Shown in pieces: positions 1 to 9,332 of a stretch of 29,158 bases of DNA. Numbering within the stretch: position 1 is the stretch's first letter; each line of letters begins with the position of its first letter. The notes under the pieces were generated by a model. The model saw only the letters and a program-made list of their open reading frames with translations, had not been told where the DNA came from and ran no database searches. A program made the translations under genes and the position numbers. Source of the DNA: a virus (Duplodnaviria > Caudoviricetes); IMG/VR virus record IMGVR_UViG_3300049171_000076, positions 1-29,158 of that record; one strand, written 5' to 3'.

Positions 1-2508
1 ATGGCCGATATGACCGCCATGGAATTGGCGGCCAGCAGTGCGGGGCTCAGCCAGTCGGGTACTCCGCTGGCCGGCCGTAACATGTTCTTGAATCAGGCTT
101 TCGGGCCGTCGGCCGCCGCACCGTCCAACACGGTCGCCACCGATCAGGCCGATGCCATCGGTGCCGTGCTGGCGCGGATGCGCACCTCGGGCAGTCTGGC
201 CCTGTCCACGCCGAGAGACACCGCTGCTGACCAGTCGTGGCGCAGCCTGGGCATGGTGGTCGGCAATGCGTCGTTCTCGGCGACGGACGCGGCCACGGCC
301 TCGGCGCAGATCCAGTCCCCGCAGTTTCAGCACCGGGCCCACATGCTGGGGCTCGGCAATATTCATGACCCCACGACCCGGTCTTTTGTCGGCAATGCGG
401 CCATCGCGCGCCGCATGCTGCACAGGGCGACGGGAACGGCCAATCCCACCCAGGAGCGGCTGGCCGCCGGCTTGCAGGAAGGCGGTAAGCTCCGCTACTT
501 GCTGCAGAACACCGGCTGGGACAGCGGCACCACCGAGCAGTTCACGGGCTACATGTCTCAGCTCGTGGACCTGCAGCAGCGGGGTATGGACTGGCGTAAG
601 GCCGACACTCTGCTGGCTCAGGCCTCCGACAAGTCCTCGCCGCAGTACGCGAAGGCCCGCGAGGAGCTCAAGCGGCACGGCTGGACCGAGACGCAGCTCC
701 AAGTTGAGAAGGACACGCGGGCCCTTGACCGCAGCGGTGACCGGGCCGTCTTCGAGGGCTACATCGAGAACCTGAAGGCCTCGTCCAAGGCGGTCGAGGA
801 GTGGACCGCTTTCGTCAAGACGTTCCTGGACCTGCCGCCCGTCAAGATGATCTTGGGTATGGGTGGCGCGGTCAGCAAGTTCAAGGACAATCCGGGCGCG
901 TTGCTGGCGTACCTGGGCGGGGCGAACTCCACCCTCGGCTGGCAGGTGCCTTCCTCGCTGCCGTCCGCTACGACTCCTCCCCAGAACCTCACCTCGGGTA
1001 TCACTGACCTGTCGGGAGGTCTTTCGGGTCTGGGCGGCCAGGCGCTGTTCGGCGGCAACACGACTCATGTCGGGCAGGCCGGCGCGTCGGGTGGCACTGC
1101 GGTTCCGCCCAGGGTGAAGAAGGACAAGCCGAAGAGCGGCGACGCCAAGAAGCGCTCCCAGGAGTCCGCAGGCGGCGGCGTTCAGGCGGCCATCAACTTC
1201 GCCATGGCGCAACGAGGTGAGCCGTATGTCTGGGGTGGCACCGGCCCCGACTCATGGGACTGCTCGGGCCTGATGCAGGCGGCCTACCGCTCGGCCGGTA
1301 AGAAGATCCGGCGTACCACCTGGGAGCAGGTCGGTGACGGCCAGCCGGTGTCGCGAGACCCCAAGGCGTGGAAGCCGGGAGATTTGATCTTCCCGAACCC
1401 CGGCCACGTGGTCATGTGGCTGGGTGGCGGCCGATACATTCACGCGCCTCGTAAGGGCGACGTCGTCAAGATCTCCTCTGGTACGCCCAAGGCGCATGCG
1501 GTACGCCGGATGATGGGCGGCGGCGGTAACGCCGATTGGACCAACTCGAAGGGCTCCGATCCGAAGGCGGCCGACGGTAACAAGAAGAAGACCGACAACG
1601 GTACGTCCTCGCCGCGCCAGGAGTTGTCGTCCGAGCCCGGCACGGACTGGAGCTCTAACGTCAACTCCCTCGGCCAGTCGTACGGGATGACGGCGACCTC
1701 GGGGACGTTGGGCATGTCGGAGCGTGAGGTGCTCGCCTCGATCTTCGGCGGTGCTCCCGGTGGTCCGTCCGGTGGTCCCGGTGGCAATTCCGCTTCCTCG
1801 CCCGAGGCTCAGCAGGCGTCCGACATGGCGGGCACGCTGATCAAGGGTGGTCAGGATGTTGTGGACGCGCTGCGGCCTTTTATCACCGACGAGAAGTCCA
1901 AGAAGAAGACGCCCAAGGGCGGCAGCCCGGAGGCGAACAAGGCGTTGGGCCGGGCCATGGCGGGTGCTCGTGGCTGGAGCGGCCGGCAGTGGAGCGACTT
2001 GTTGCAGTTGTGGGTGAAGGAGAGCGGCTGGAACCATAAGGCCGTCAACAAGAGCTCGGGCGCGGCCGGAATTCCGCAGGCGCTGCCGAGCGCGCACCCT
2101 GGCGTGGTGACACCTGAGTGGATGGCCGACCCGCAGGCGCAGATCCAGTGGGGCCTGAACTACATCGCCGGTCGTTACCGCACTCCGTCTCGGGCGTGGC
2201 AGCACAGTCAGCGGACCGGCTGGTATCGCGGGGGTGCGTGGAATGTGCCTGAAGACGAGCTCGCCACGGTGCACCAGGGCGAGATGGTGGTGCCGGCTCC
2301 TGAGGCCCGCAAAATCCGGGAAGTGCTGACCGACACCAGCGCGGGACCGGCCTCCGGCGCGAATTACAGTTTCACATTCGGCACTAATTCCATTCAGCTG
2401 AACGTTGGTCCTGGTGCCTCGCCGGCGACGGCCCGCACCACGGCGCGTGAGCTTTTCGAGGAATTGCAGCGCATCACCCGCGACTCTGCCATCGCCAAGG
2501 GCCTCTGA
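1..2508 (+). CDS. Tape-measure-like virion protein (probably 5'-truncated by the window edge) with NlpC/P60 peptidase and SLT-type lytic transglycosylase domains
   Basis: NlpC/P60 motifs PYVWGG..DCSGL, PGDLIF and GHV..IHAP (Cys-His-His). Transglycosylase motif KESGWN..A.N.SSGA.GIPQALP..QI.WGL.YI..RY. C-terminal A.VHQGEMVVPA motif typical of tape measure ends. Lies directly upstream of baseplate genes. Confidence 0.85.
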   Translation: MADMTAMELAASSAGLSQSGTPLAGRNMFLNQAFGPSAAAPSNTVATDQADAIGAVLARMRTSGSLALSTPRDTAADQSWRSLGMVVGNASFSATDAATASAQIQSPQFQHRAHMLGLGNIHDPTTRSFVGNAAIARRMLHRATGTANPTQERLAAGLQEGGKLRYLLQNTGWDSGTTEQFTGYMSQLVDLQQRGMDWRKADTLLAQASDKSSPQYAKAREELKRHGWTETQLQVEKDTRALDRSGDRAVFEGYIENLKASSKAVEEWTAFVKTFLDLPPVKMILGMGGAVSKFKDNPGALLAYLGGANSTLGWQVPSSLPSATTPPQNLTSGITDLSGGLSGLGGQALFGGNTTHVGQAGASGGTAVPPRVKKDKPKSGDAKKRSQESAGGGVQAAINFAMAQRGEPYVWGGTGPDSWDCSGLMQAAYRSAGKKIRRTTWEQVGDGQPVSRDPKAWKPGDLIFPNPGHVVMWLGGGRYIHAPRKGDVVKISSGTPKAHAVRRMMGGGGNADWTNSKGSDPKAADGNKKKTDNGTSSPRQELSSEPGTDWSSNVNSLGQSYGMTATSGTLGMSEREVLASIFGGAPGGPSGGPGGNSASSPEAQQASDMAGTLIKGGQDVVDALRPFITDEKSKKKTPKGGSPEANKALGRAMAGARGWSGRQWSDLLQLWVKESGWNHKAVNKSSGAAGIPQALPSAHPGVVTPEWMADPQAQIQWGLNYIAGRYRTPSRAWQHSQRTGWYRGGAWNVPEDELATVHQGEMVVPAPEARKIREVLTDTSAGPASGANYSFTFGTNSIQLNVGPGASPATARTTARELFEELQRITRDSAIAKGL

Positions 2509-2563
2509 AGTCCAGCAGGATTTATATCGCGGGTTCGCACGACCATAGCCTGAAGAGTGAACA

Positions 2564-3301
2564 TTGTTCCTCTATCAGGAATTGCCGGTGGCCTCATCTC
2601 TGAACGGTCCATTTGACGCACGAGTCCGCTATGCCATGGGCCCGCATGGCAGAGCTGTCTCAGTGCAGCGAGGCTGGATTGAAGAGGACACGACCGCAGG
2701 CCTATACACGCATTCCGGTGGGGCACGGCGAGTCGATTTTCTTTTCAACCCCGCGACCATTTCGACGAATTACAGCATGGGCGCCCAGGAGGAGAGCATT
2801 CCACTGCCTCCAGGAATGGACCCACGCGACAGCAGCGGCGTCTATCAGGGTGTCACCAACCAGCATCTGACCTTCGAGTTGCTTTTCGACAGATCGTTCG
2901 AGGTGGCCGGCGGAGATGCCGACGGGGTGTGGAGAGACGCGAAAGCCTTCCTGACACTGGTCGGCGTCGAGGACGAGAACGCGCTCACCTCGACGAACGG
3001 GCAGGGAACGGCCATCGGAGTCATGATGTTCGTCCCTGTGTGGGTCAGATTCGGAGCACGGTCACCGCTTCGGTATTTCGGCGTCATCCGCAGTCTGGGA
3101 ATCAACTTCACCCTGTTCAGTCCGACGCAGATCCCGATCCGCGGCGCGATCTCGCTGAACGTGCAGCTCATGCCCAAGAGCGTCTCCTCCTCCAGCGCCA
3201 GCCCGGAATTCGACCGAGGACCTGACCTGCACGCCGACGAGATCCGCGCCCTGGCGTTGAGCGTCGCGCGTGATCGTCTCGCCCGAGAGAAGAGCGGATA
3301 G
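2564..3301 (+). CDS. Tail tube initiator / contractile-injection-system tube-like baseplate protein (Afp7/Pvc7-like N-terminal domain)
   Basis: Motifs FLFNP.TIS.NYS, LTFELLFD and V.FG...F.GVI.SL.I.FTLF....PIR..ISL; located between tape measure and LysM gene. TTG start, so the exact start is uncertain. Confidence 0.7.
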   Translation: MFLYQELPVASSLNGPFDARVRYAMGPHGRAVSVQRGWIEEDTTAGLYTHSGGARRVDFLFNPATISTNYSMGAQEESIPLPPGMDPRDSSGVYQGVTNQHLTFELLFDRSFEVAGGDADGVWRDAKAFLTLVGVEDENALTSTNGQGTAIGVMMFVPVWVRFGARSPLRYFGVIRSLGINFTLFSPTQIPIRGAISLNVQLMPKSVSSSSASPEFDRGPDLHADEIRALALSVARDRLAREKSG

Positions 3302-3303
3302 CG

Positions 3304-3573
3304 ATGGCCAGCCGATACGAGGGCATGGCGCCGTCCTCCAGCCCTTATCGCGGCGGCATTCTGCGGGGCCGGGAGCTGCGCAAGATTCCGTCACAGCGGT
3401 TCAGATTCGGGACTCACCAGATTCGTGAGGGTGATCGGATCGACCTGCTGGCAGCCCAGTACTACGGCGATGTGACTCTGTGGTGGCGCATCTGCGACGC
3501 CAACCCCGAGGTCATCGACTGGATGTGGCTGTCCCCAGGGACCATGCTGCGCATCCCCGACCTGACGGGCTGA
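3304..3573 (+). CDS. LysM-domain baseplate protein (P2 gpX / T4 gp53-like)
   Basis: H.IREGDRIDLLAAQYYGD..LWWRI.DANP....L.PG..LRIP is a classic tail-X/LysM pattern. Confidence 0.88.
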   Translation: MASRYEGMAPSSSPYRGGILRGRELRKIPSQRFRFGTHQIREGDRIDLLAAQYYGDVTLWWRICDANPEVIDWMWLSPGTMLRIPDLTG

Positions 3574-3582
3574 GGGCGACTC

Positions 3583-4725
3583 ATGTACGTCTCAGCCCCG
3601 TACACCCAGATGTACGTCGACGGGAAGCCGCTCACGCCCGCTCCGCTTGATCTACGGGTGGAACAGCGACTCGGCCACCACACGATCATGCACACGCATG
3701 TGCAGTATCCGTGGCAGGCGGCCACCGACCCCGTCATGATCGAGGAGGACAGCCTGGTCCACGTGCGGTGGGGCAGCAAGCCGTCCGACTTGATCGACTG
3801 GTACGGCTACGTTCACCACGCCACCTATGACAGCCGCATGGCCGAGGATTCGCGCCAGGTGAAGATCGCCTACACGCTGATCGGTACCGGCCATATCCTG
3901 GCCGACGCCCGCACGAAGGCGTGGAAGAACATCACCGACTCCGGCATGGCGACGAAGATTGCCCAGCAGTTCGGCCTGGGCAGCGTGGTGCACAAGACGA
4001 CGAAGATTCACAAATACCTCTACCAGCACGGCATCAGCGACTACGCCTGGCTGCAGGAGCGAGGGCACGCGACCGGCCGCAAAATGTGGGTGGAGAACGG
4101 CTGTTTGTATTTCGTCGACATCGCCGCCTGGGCCGCCGCCCGGAGCTCGATGGCTCCGGAGTTCGAGATCCACAAGGACTACGCGCGCCCGACCGATAAC
4201 TTCCGGCTGCAGGTCGACATGGGCACCGACATGCCGCAGACCGGCCGGCAGCTCAACAGGCAGATCTACGGCGTCGATCATAAGACCGGCAGATTCGTGG
4301 AGCGGCACAAGCGTGACTCTCAAGCCGCCCGCACCCGTGTGCTGAACCAGCCCTACATCGACGCCGTCGACGACCTCAACTTCAACCTGGACGGGTACTC
4401 GGCCAGTGGCCAGGAGTGGGCCGGCGCGCAGGCCGATCTGATGGGTTCGACCCGCCTCAGCCCCGGCCAGCCGATCACGATCAAGGGCAGAGCCGTGCCC
4501 AAGCACCTGCGCGGCGACTGGATGGTGGTCACCGCCACCCACCATCTGACCGCGCCCGCCGTCAGCGGTGTCGGCTACGCCAAGTACGTCTCCAACGTCG
4601 GCTTGGCCCGCAACGCCAGAGACAACTACCGCTACAGCGACCAGACGGTGCTGACCCAGGACGACCGGTGCACGGCAGGCGGCGGATCCTGGCGGGCGGC
4701 CTCCCCCAGGCAGGTGACCTTGTGA
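3583..4725 (+). CDS. Baseplate hub protein (P2 gpD / T4 gp27 / VgrG N-terminal-like)
   Basis: T.S.MA.KIAQQFGL, YQ.GISDYAWL, L.PGQ.I.I.G....L.GDW.V....H.L motifs; canonical position between LysM and spike. Confidence 0.82.
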   Translation: MYVSAPYTQMYVDGKPLTPAPLDLRVEQRLGHHTIMHTHVQYPWQAATDPVMIEEDSLVHVRWGSKPSDLIDWYGYVHHATYDSRMAEDSRQVKIAYTLIGTGHILADARTKAWKNITDSGMATKIAQQFGLGSVVHKTTKIHKYLYQHGISDYAWLQERGHATGRKMWVENGCLYFVDIAAWAAARSSMAPEFEIHKDYARPTDNFRLQVDMGTDMPQTGRQLNRQIYGVDHKTGRFVERHKRDSQAARTRVLNQPYIDAVDDLNFNLDGYSASGQEWAGAQADLMGSTRLSPGQPITIKGRAVPKHLRGDWMVVTATHHLTAPAVSGVGYAKYVSNVGLARNARDNYRYSDQTVLTQDDRCTAGGGSWRAASPRQVTL

Positions 4726-5414
4726 GACCGTCCGAGGGCATGTGGTGGGGCATCGTGGAGGATGTCAAGGACCCCGAAGAGCGCCACCGCATCAAAGCCA
4801 AGGTCCCCGACGTGCTCGGCTCCGAGATCAGCGACTGGGCCGAGCCCGACAGCCTGGCCATCAGCAAACTCAAGCGCGGCGACAAGGTGTGGATCAGGTT
4901 CCTGACCGGCGACACCCGTCACGCCTTCTACCACATCCCGAACGACCACAAGCAGCGCGCCCTGCTCTACAACGCCGACGACGGCATCGACCTGACGCAT
5001 CCGATCTCCGGCATGCGGCTTCGCGCCCCGGCCGGCACCGCGATGATGTCCGGCTCGTCCAGCAGCGTCAACGCCTCGGGCGGCAAGGTCCACTGCCAGG
5101 GTAAGGACGCGGCCGGCTATGTCCCATGCGTCGCCTCAGCGTTCGAGGAGGGCAGTAGCGAGCACCTGAAGGACAATATCCGCGTCCTTGATTTCGACCC
5201 CGTGAAGGCGATTCAGGACGCTCCGGCCAAGCTGTGGAATTACCGGCCGGAAGTGAGTCCCGACGGCCGGACGAAAATCGGGCCCATCGCTGAGACGCTC
5301 CCCGATCTGGTGCGCAGTGGCGACAATGTCGATCTCGCCGCTTTGGTGGGAGTGCTGTGGGCTGCGGTCGACCATCTCTCACGCCGTGTCGAGGAATTGG
5401 AAGCCAGACCTTAG
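4722..5414 (+). CDS. Baseplate central spike (gpV/gp5 OB-fold) fused to a C-terminal peptidase S74 intramolecular chaperone
   Basis: GTG at 4722 overlaps the hub stop (GTGA); alternative ATG at 4740. The ORF-track start 4416 is too far upstream. G.V.D..DPE...RIK.KVP.V.G...SDWA..GDKVWI.F..GD is the gp5 OB-fold. SSEHLKDNI..WNY..IGPIAE..VDL..LV.VLW.AV..L..RVEELE is the S74 chaperone. Confidence 0.82.
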   Translation: MRPSEGMWWGIVEDVKDPEERHRIKAKVPDVLGSEISDWAEPDSLAISKLKRGDKVWIRFLTGDTRHAFYHIPNDHKQRALLYNADDGIDLTHPISGMRLRAPAGTAMMSGSSSSVNASGGKVHCQGKDAAGYVPCVASAFEEGSSEHLKDNIRVLDFDPVKAIQDAPAKLWNYRPEVSPDGRTKIGPIAETLPDLVRSGDNVDLAALVGVLWAAVDHLSRRVEELEARP

Positions 5415-5536
5415 CATTCGTATCGTTTAAGGCCACGCAAATACACTGAAATCGGAATTGTTTCAATTTCTTTCAGGATGGTGGTTGTGGCCGATAATCT
5501 CTGCGCGAGTCACGCGCTTGTCGCGAGCGCGTACTG

Positions 5537-5962
5537 ATGGCTATTCGCCCGACCAAGGCCATTGATTTGCCGTTCAGGTTCTCGGTGGACGGCGGGGTGG
5601 CCACGACGACGGACCCTGATCGGCGTATCAGGCAGAGGCTCATCTCCATTGTCGGTACTGAGCCGACCGAGCGGGTGATGCTGCCGGCGTTCGGGGTGCC
5701 GGTCGCCAGTTTCCTTTTCGAGCCGGACCCCGATTCCGCCGCTGTCGAATTGCGCTCACTGACGGAGATTCAGGCCGCGATGTGGGAGCCGGCGCTGCAG
5801 GTGCGCTCGGTGATCCCGATCGTCAACGGCGAAGGCAACATCACGGAGATCGAGATGCGCTACCGCCGCCTGTCCGGCCCCGACAACGACTTCCCGAGCC
5901 CCAAGGTGCACACCGCCGAGATCACCGACGACGGGCAGATCTTGGAGTGGCTGCGTGGCTGA
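5537..5962 (+). CDS. Baseplate wedge / sheath initiator (T4 gp25, P2 gpW-like)
   Basis: I.LPF, IRQRL..I..T.P.ERVM.P.FG....FLFEP and WEP.L.V motifs of the GPW_gp25 family. Confidence 0.9.
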   Translation: MAIRPTKAIDLPFRFSVDGGVATTTDPDRRIRQRLISIVGTEPTERVMLPAFGVPVASFLFEPDPDSAAVELRSLTEIQAAMWEPALQVRSVIPIVNGEGNITEIEMRYRRLSGPDNDFPSPKVHTAEITDDGQILEWLRG

Positions 5963-7421
5963 TATCCCGATCGACTACACCGCCGCCGACTACGCTGATA
6001 TCGTCGTCGACCTGCTGCGCCGCGCCGAGCAGGTGGTCCCGGAGTGGACGTCACGATCCCAGGCGGATTTCGGCGTGGTACTGGCCGAGCAATGGGCACA
6101 CGCGGCCGACCTGAACAACTACGCGATCGACCGGATGCTCAGGGAGAGTTTCCTTCCGACCGCGATCACCCGCGAGTCCATTCTGACGTTGGCCTCGATG
6201 CTGTCTTACGTCAGCCACGCCAACATCGCGGCCACCGGCACCGTCACGCTCACCTCCGACACCGACTCTGTAGAGCCCATCGTGGTGCCGGCCGGCACCC
6301 GCCTGTCGTCGGTGTACGTGGAAGCCATCGACAGCCCGGTGATCTTCGAGACCGTGTCCGAGGCCACCGTCCCCCCAGCCGGTGGCGAGGTCGTGGTCGA
6401 CATCGCCGAAGGCGAAACGACCACGAAGTTGCAGATCGGCATCTCCAACGGCAAGCCGGCGCAGCGGGTCTCGATCGGCCGCGACCGAGTCATCGAAGGC
6501 AGCGTGCGGCTACATGTCGAGGCTGAGCACGCCGACCTGGAGTGGACCCGGCTGACGCGCCTGGTCTTCGCCGGACCCACCGACTTGGCTTTCGCCGTGC
6601 GCCCTGATGCGCTCGGCGGCACTGTCGTAGCCTTGGGCGACGGAGTCAACGGGGCCATCCCTCCGCTGGGCGCGCGCATCTACGCGACCTTCCGGCTCGG
6701 CGTCGGCACGGCCGGCAACCTGAGCGCGGGCAAGATCGAATTTCTGGACTCCGACATCGCGGGCGTGAGCATCGCCTACGACGGAGCAGGCGTCCCGATC
6801 TCCTCGGCGATGTCGGGCGGTACCGGGCACGAGGACACCGAGCAGATCCGCCGCTTCGCGCCGGCTGCGTTCAATGCCCGCGAACGCGCTGTCACCGCAG
6901 CCGACTACGAGGCCGTGGCCTTGACCGTTCCGGGTGTCACGGCGGCCAGGGCGATCTCCCGACTCGCCTCCAGCATGATCGTCTACATCGCCGGCCCCGA
7001 CCGTAACGTCCCGGCGCCTGAGCTGATCTCCGACGCCCAGGAGCAGCTCAGCCTCGCCGCCATGGGCGGCGTCACCGTCACCGTGGGCGGGCCCACACTC
7101 GTCGGTGTCAACCTCGGCACCGTCGGAACACCGGTCCGGGTCTTCGCCGCCCCCACCTGGCGTAACGACACGGTCGACCAGGCCGTACGCACTCAACTGA
7201 CCAACCTGCTGCGCTCGGCGACTCTGAGCCTGGGCAGCCGCGTCACCGTCGGCCAGATCTACACCAGCTTGGCCGTGATGCCGGGTGTCATCAATGTCAA
7301 CATCCCGATGATGGCCCGAGCCGATGCCGTCCAGACCGGCATCGACGACATCGTTCTGTCGCCGTGGGAGTTGCCGGTGCTGGGCGCTGTGGAGTTGGTC
7401 ACGACCGGAGGTGTCGAATAA
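5955..7421 (+). CDS. Baseplate J-like wedge protein (Afp11-like)
   Basis: IDYT..DY, VPEWT.RS.ADFG.VL.E, FL.TA..RESI..LA..L.Y, G.GVNG.IPP.G and GG...E..E.IR..AP......RAVT..DYE. Confidence 0.92.
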   Translation: MADIPIDYTAADYADIVVDLLRRAEQVVPEWTSRSQADFGVVLAEQWAHAADLNNYAIDRMLRESFLPTAITRESILTLASMLSYVSHANIAATGTVTLTSDTDSVEPIVVPAGTRLSSVYVEAIDSPVIFETVSEATVPPAGGEVVVDIAEGETTTKLQIGISNGKPAQRVSIGRDRVIEGSVRLHVEAEHADLEWTRLTRLVFAGPTDLAFAVRPDALGGTVVALGDGVNGAIPPLGARIYATFRLGVGTAGNLSAGKIEFLDSDIAGVSIAYDGAGVPISSAMSGGTGHEDTEQIRRFAPAAFNARERAVTAADYEAVALTVPGVTAARAISRLASSMIVYIAGPDRNVPAPELISDAQEQLSLAAMGGVTVTVGGPTLVGVNLGTVGTPVRVFAAPTWRNDTVDQAVRTQLTNLLRSATLSLGSRVTVGQIYTSLAVMPGVINVNIPMMARADAVQTGIDDIVLSPWELPVLGAVELVTTGGVE

Positions 7422-8278
7422 TGGTCGCCGCATACCCGCCCCGGATCGATACACAGCCGATCAAGCGTGACCACATCGACCCGATCTGGGCCAGGCACTG
7501 GAATCTCATGCAGGACGAGGTCCGCGCCACCCAGCTCACCGTCGGCGTCAACCCGCATATCGCCACCGCGAACCCGGCCGAACGAACACCGAACTACGGC
7601 ACGGTCACCGACCGGATTCAGCATGTGGCCCGCGGCGAGCCGATGTGCTCCTATCGCGGTCGCGCTCTGTCGATTCAGGTCAAGCCCAATCAACACGTCC
7701 GCTCGGAACTGACGGCCACGGAGGACACCCACGGCGCGGCTACGCCGACGGGATACCGGCTACCCGAGACCGGGTACTGGGTGATGCACGCCAAGGCCGA
7801 TTGGCCCTCGACAGTCACCACGCAGGCGCACCCCACCGTACGTGCTCTGGGCATCGAGGTGAACGCGGCCGACATCGGCCTGACCGACAGTGTCATCGAG
7901 ACGACCGCGAATAAGGACAACCTCACCACCCAGGTGACCTGGCAGGAGCGGCTGCTCAAGGGCACCGACATCAGTGTCAACCTGCGTGCCGCCAACGGCG
8001 ATCCCGACCTCACCGTGATGCCGGCCAACGTCTATCTGCGCGTCTACCTGGTGAGGTGCATGGCCCAAGGCGGCGTCGTGGGGCTACCGACGGTCGGTTT
8101 TCCCACTCCGCCGGAAGAGCCACCCACAACGCCGCCACCCGGCACGCACCCATGGCCGCCTCAGATCGAACCGCCCTGCGCGCCCGCCCCACCTGGCCAG
8201 TTCTACTCCGCGAGCGTGTCGGACCTGTTCGCCGCGGGAGACACCGGTCCGCACCTGGCAAGCCTCGGCTGGTACTGA
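7421..8278 (+). CDS. Putative tail fibre / baseplate accessory protein, paralogue A
   Basis: ATG at 7421 overlaps the baseplate J stop (TAATG); the track start 7364 is unlikely. N-terminal YP..I......D.I.A.H.N.MQDE..A.Q..LG.NP anchor, then a beta-rich domain (GY.LPETGYWVM.A..DW), then a Pro-rich tail. Confidence 0.6.
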   Translation: MVAAYPPRIDTQPIKRDHIDPIWARHWNLMQDEVRATQLTVGVNPHIATANPAERTPNYGTVTDRIQHVARGEPMCSYRGRALSIQVKPNQHVRSELTATEDTHGAATPTGYRLPETGYWVMHAKADWPSTVTTQAHPTVRALGIEVNAADIGLTDSVIETTANKDNLTTQVTWQERLLKGTDISVNLRAANGDPDLTVMPANVYLRVYLVRCMAQGGVVGLPTVGFPTPPEEPPTTPPPGTHPWPPQIEPPCAPAPPGQFYSASVSDLFAAGDTGPHLASLGWY

Positions 8279-8525
8279 AACCCAGACTTAGGAGTTTGTC
8301 ACCGCATGCCCGCATCATATCCGGCCGCCATTCGCGAATTCACGACCAAGCGCAATCTGATCGATATCGTTTGGGCCGAGCACATGAATTCCATGCAGGA
8401 CGAGACCAACGCACTACAGACAACGCTCGGTCTAGTCCCGCAGATCGCCACCAATAATCCGGGCCACCAGGCCCCTGACCATGGCACCGTAGCCGCCCGA
8501 ATTCAGCATGTGGCCCGCGGCGAGC
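7616..8525 (+). repeat. Perfect 25-bp direct repeat ATTCAGCATGTGGCCCGCGGCGAGC at 7616-7640 and 8501-8525
   Basis: Read directly; one copy in each paralogue at the equivalent position (IQHVARGE). Confidence 0.9.
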
Positions 8526-9298
8526 AGATTCCGATTTTCCGAGGATCGACTCGTGAGGCGACCGTCACCCCTAACGTATGGGTCAGACCCTCGCTGCGGG
8601 CCGACGATGACGCATTCTCTATGTCCACCGGTACCGGAATCAAATTGTGCGAATCCGGCCTGTGGGCCTTCACCATCAAGGCGGACTGGAAGTCCACCGG
8701 CATCACGGTGCAGCAGGAAGCCACCCGAATGGCACGCCTGGAGATCGACGGAGTCGACATCGGCGTGCGCCATGTCATGCAAGAGCAGCCGCACAACAGG
8801 TATGCGATGCACAACACCGTGACCTGGATCGACACATTTTCCGAGGACACCGTCGTGTCCATGGGCGTACGAACGGACTGCGGCGGAAATCCGGGCCCCC
8901 TCCTTTACAACTCCTATTTGAGGGCGCATCTCGTGCGATGCCATCCCGAAGGGGAAGGTGGTTCGCTCCCTTTTGACGATATTCCGGATGTCGTCAAGCC
9001 ACCTCCCGATGTGGTGGTCAGGCCGCCGGCTAACAATCTGAAGTACACGGTCCTCGTCACGCTCACCTGGATCGGGGGTCGTCACGATTACGAGACAGGA
9101 GTCGGTTCAGGTCCGCCCGGCGCCGCGGCCCACTACGAGATCATCGACAGCACGCATCCCAAGTACAACTCGTCGCCATACCCGAAATTCAACAGCATGA
9201 GTGAAGCCAGAGCGTTCATCGCATCGCAGCAGAGCAACTCCTGGGGCAACGACTACTACGCCTACAGCCCTCCTGTGACGGGCACTATCTCCTGGTGA
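8306..9298 (+). CDS. Putative tail fibre / baseplate accessory protein, paralogue B
   Basis: AGGAG RBS near 8290. Colinear with 7421..8278 over about 210 aa (HMNSMQDE, HGTV..RIQHVARGE, G.W....KADW, YLR..LVRC); the C-terminus differs. Confidence 0.6.
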   Translation: MPASYPAAIREFTTKRNLIDIVWAEHMNSMQDETNALQTTLGLVPQIATNNPGHQAPDHGTVAARIQHVARGEQIPIFRGSTREATVTPNVWVRPSLRADDDAFSMSTGTGIKLCESGLWAFTIKADWKSTGITVQQEATRMARLEIDGVDIGVRHVMQEQPHNRYAMHNTVTWIDTFSEDTVVSMGVRTDCGGNPGPLLYNSYLRAHLVRCHPEGEGGSLPFDDIPDVVKPPPDVVVRPPANNLKYTVLVTLTWIGGRHDYETGVGSGPPGAAAHYEIIDSTHPKYNSSPYPKFNSMSEARAFIASQQSNSWGNDYYAYSPPVTGTISW

Positions 9299-9332
9299 TC
9301 TATCTAACGTACGGAATCGCGGCAGGCACCTT

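Noticed and set aside
7421-9298. Diversity-generating retroelement or invertase shufflon acting on the fibre paralogues
   Set aside because: No reverse transcriptase or recombinase in the window, no adenine-specific TR/VR pair, and the repeats are direct and short.
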